Of a stretch of 64,000 bases of DNA, positions 62,227 to 64,000 are shown piece after piece. Every line of letters begins with the position of its first letter. Positions within the stretch are counted from its first letter, which is position 1. The DNA comes from Raillietiella orientalis (Eukaryota): assembly GCA_036172245.1 (NCBI GenBank), contig JAYWIR010000011.1:1178001-1242000 (forward strand), read 5' to 3'. Below the pieces are notes generated by a model. The model saw only the letters and a list, made by a program, of their open reading frames with translations. It was not told the DNA's origin and did not search any database. The position numbers and the translations under genes are program-made.

Positions 62227-62411
62227 ATGCAAAATTTCATCATCTCTGCCACGCTCATGGTGCTCATCTTGCTCATCGCAATACCCATCTCCGTGTTTTC
62301 CTTGACCGACATTCAGTTTATTCTCGATGGAACTCAACCCGTCTTCCCCAACCTGGATGACAAGAAGACGAGTGCGGAGGACGATGGTTACGATTACCTT
62401 TCCGGCATGAG
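62227..62411 (+). CDS. Possible first coding exon of an unidentified secreted protein
   Basis: MQNFIISATLMVLILLIAIPISVFSL is signal-like, with an upstream CAG acceptor (~62204) and an AG|GT donor at 62411. Downstream exons uncertain. Confidence 0.35.
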
Positions 62412-64000
62412 GTTGGTGACATTGCTGCCCCCCTCCCCCCCCCCTCAAATGCGCAAGTCGCAGCGGCTTTTTCCTTTGAAAGGAATAGGAGTTTATCAGG
62501 GAGAGGTGGCATCGGCCACTCCTGCTCAGGGTACGCGCCCTTGACCGCTTCTTCGCCGTCTTTCACTCTACATTCACGGTTTCCGGGTTTCGGGATGGAC
62601 GATGACGACCTCGTCGTCCATGACGTGCTCATGCGGGGACGGTGCAGACCGCGCCTTCGCGTTCGCGAGCGGGCCTCCACACCTTTTGCCCCCCCCCCCC
62701 CCCACACAGAGGTGTACCTCAATACGAGGCGGAAGCACAGAGGGAAAGAAGGCGAGAGGGAAATTCCACAACGCTTCGTGCCTTGGAATTCTCTTTTATT
62801 TTCGAAAACAAAAAAAGAAAAAGAACGGAGAGTAAAAACAGCAGAAGATTCACAGGCTGTGGTTGCGATTTGTTCTTTGCGCCGTGTCACTTGTGTGAGT
62901 CCTTCCCGTGCCTTGTAGGTGTTTCTTCCCGTAGGTAGGGTAGGGGCGTTCGGGAACGGCTCAGGATTTTGCACTCTCGTTCGAGTCTGCCTACTGCAGC
63001 CCGTGGGGGTCCCTTGTCCCCAACGCTTGCACTGGAACATTCGCACCGAGGAGAATTCGTTCCAGATCACTCGATGGCTTCGTAGGCGTGGGGAGAGGGA
63101 ATTTCGCATGGGATTCCTAAGCTGACAGTAACACTGAAGATCGCGTGCCCGCATCAGGAAACCAGACGTCTAGGGCCCAAGGGGCAAGCCACGTCTCTTC
63201 AAGCTCGGGGGACTGGCGTAGGACACGGACCACAGTAGCTGCATGGAGGGACGTAATAAATAACGAAAAAGACGAGTATCTTGCGGTGAAAACCGAGCAT
63301 CATTTTTTCCCATCAAGTTCGGAAACCGGCAGCCTGCTGTGCTGTTTCATCAGCTTTGGATAGATGGCTGAAGACTGACGTCACTAGCAGCTTCTTCGGT
63401 ACGGAGTTTGCGCGGAAGAACTGGGAATAGCAAGCGCTATTTCAGTGAGACAAGGAAAAAGCTCTTCCCGGGACCGCTTGGGGGGGGAGGGGGGGCTTTC
63501 GGGGAGACCGTTCAGGCGACGCGGTCTGTAAGAAGCACAAGAGACAAGCGCACAAGGGCTTACATCCGCCAACAGTCTCTGAGAAGGCGGCCGGGTACAT
63601 TGCACGCGCCCACCTCTGGTTTCCTCTCGGATGCCAGAACCTACTACATGGGGAGCCTCCTCGTCGGTTTTTGTCGGAACGTCCTCAAGCAGTAGCTGCC
63701 ACTGACCCCTCCACTTTCGTGTGATTTCCTATTCTAATGCCGTTCCAAGGTCATCTCTGGCAAGCCAGCCCGAAGGCGAACAAGAAAATGGGGACCACAC
63801 AGGAGACCATCATGCGTGTGGTTGCGAAGTGTCGTGTCCGTCGCGAAAATGGCAGCGTCTCGCGGGCGGCGAGGACCAGGGAGGGCGGGTGCCTTCTAAG
63901 TGTTTTCTCTTCCTGCTGACGAAATGGACAGCATGCCAAGGGAGTGGTCCCCCGGTAGAATCTGGGGCAAGTCTTTTGTTCCCAACAAAGGATCAGAGCT

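Overview
Eukaryotic, most likely arthropod, genomic DNA; the species cannot be fixed from the sequence. AT-rich, CpG-poor blocks (~10.8-23.9 kb and ~40.6-57.3 kb) alternate with GC-rich, repeat-rich blocks. Confident spliced genes: a polypyrimidine-tract-binding protein (PTB/hephaestus, minus, 16777-~23637); RNA polymerase II largest subunit (RPB1, plus, 43007-54613, 22 coding exons, ~40-heptad CTD); NDUFA1/MWFE (minus, 54722-55208); and a DM4/DM12-type secreted or membrane protein (plus, 32151-33590). A plus-strand gene at ~11.3-15.7 kb has the architecture of a palmitoylated transmembrane adaptor (TM, CxxC, many YxxI/L/V motifs), like vertebrate PAG/Cbp. The most notable signals are in PTB: a 34-nt exon with a ~205-nt AG-exclusion zone and a distant branch-point candidate (the vertebrate PTBP1 exon-11 autoregulation layout), a 288-nt in-frame Cys-rich cassette exon candidate, and a second copy of the C-terminal motif in the 3' UTR. 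Two copies of an unusually long (~0.93 kb), hairpin-packed tRNA-headed SINE lie in opposite orientations; one sits in a LINE fragment with a 14-bp target-site duplication. No prokaryotic system or CRISPR array is present. All homology calls are by-eye recognition, not database searches.
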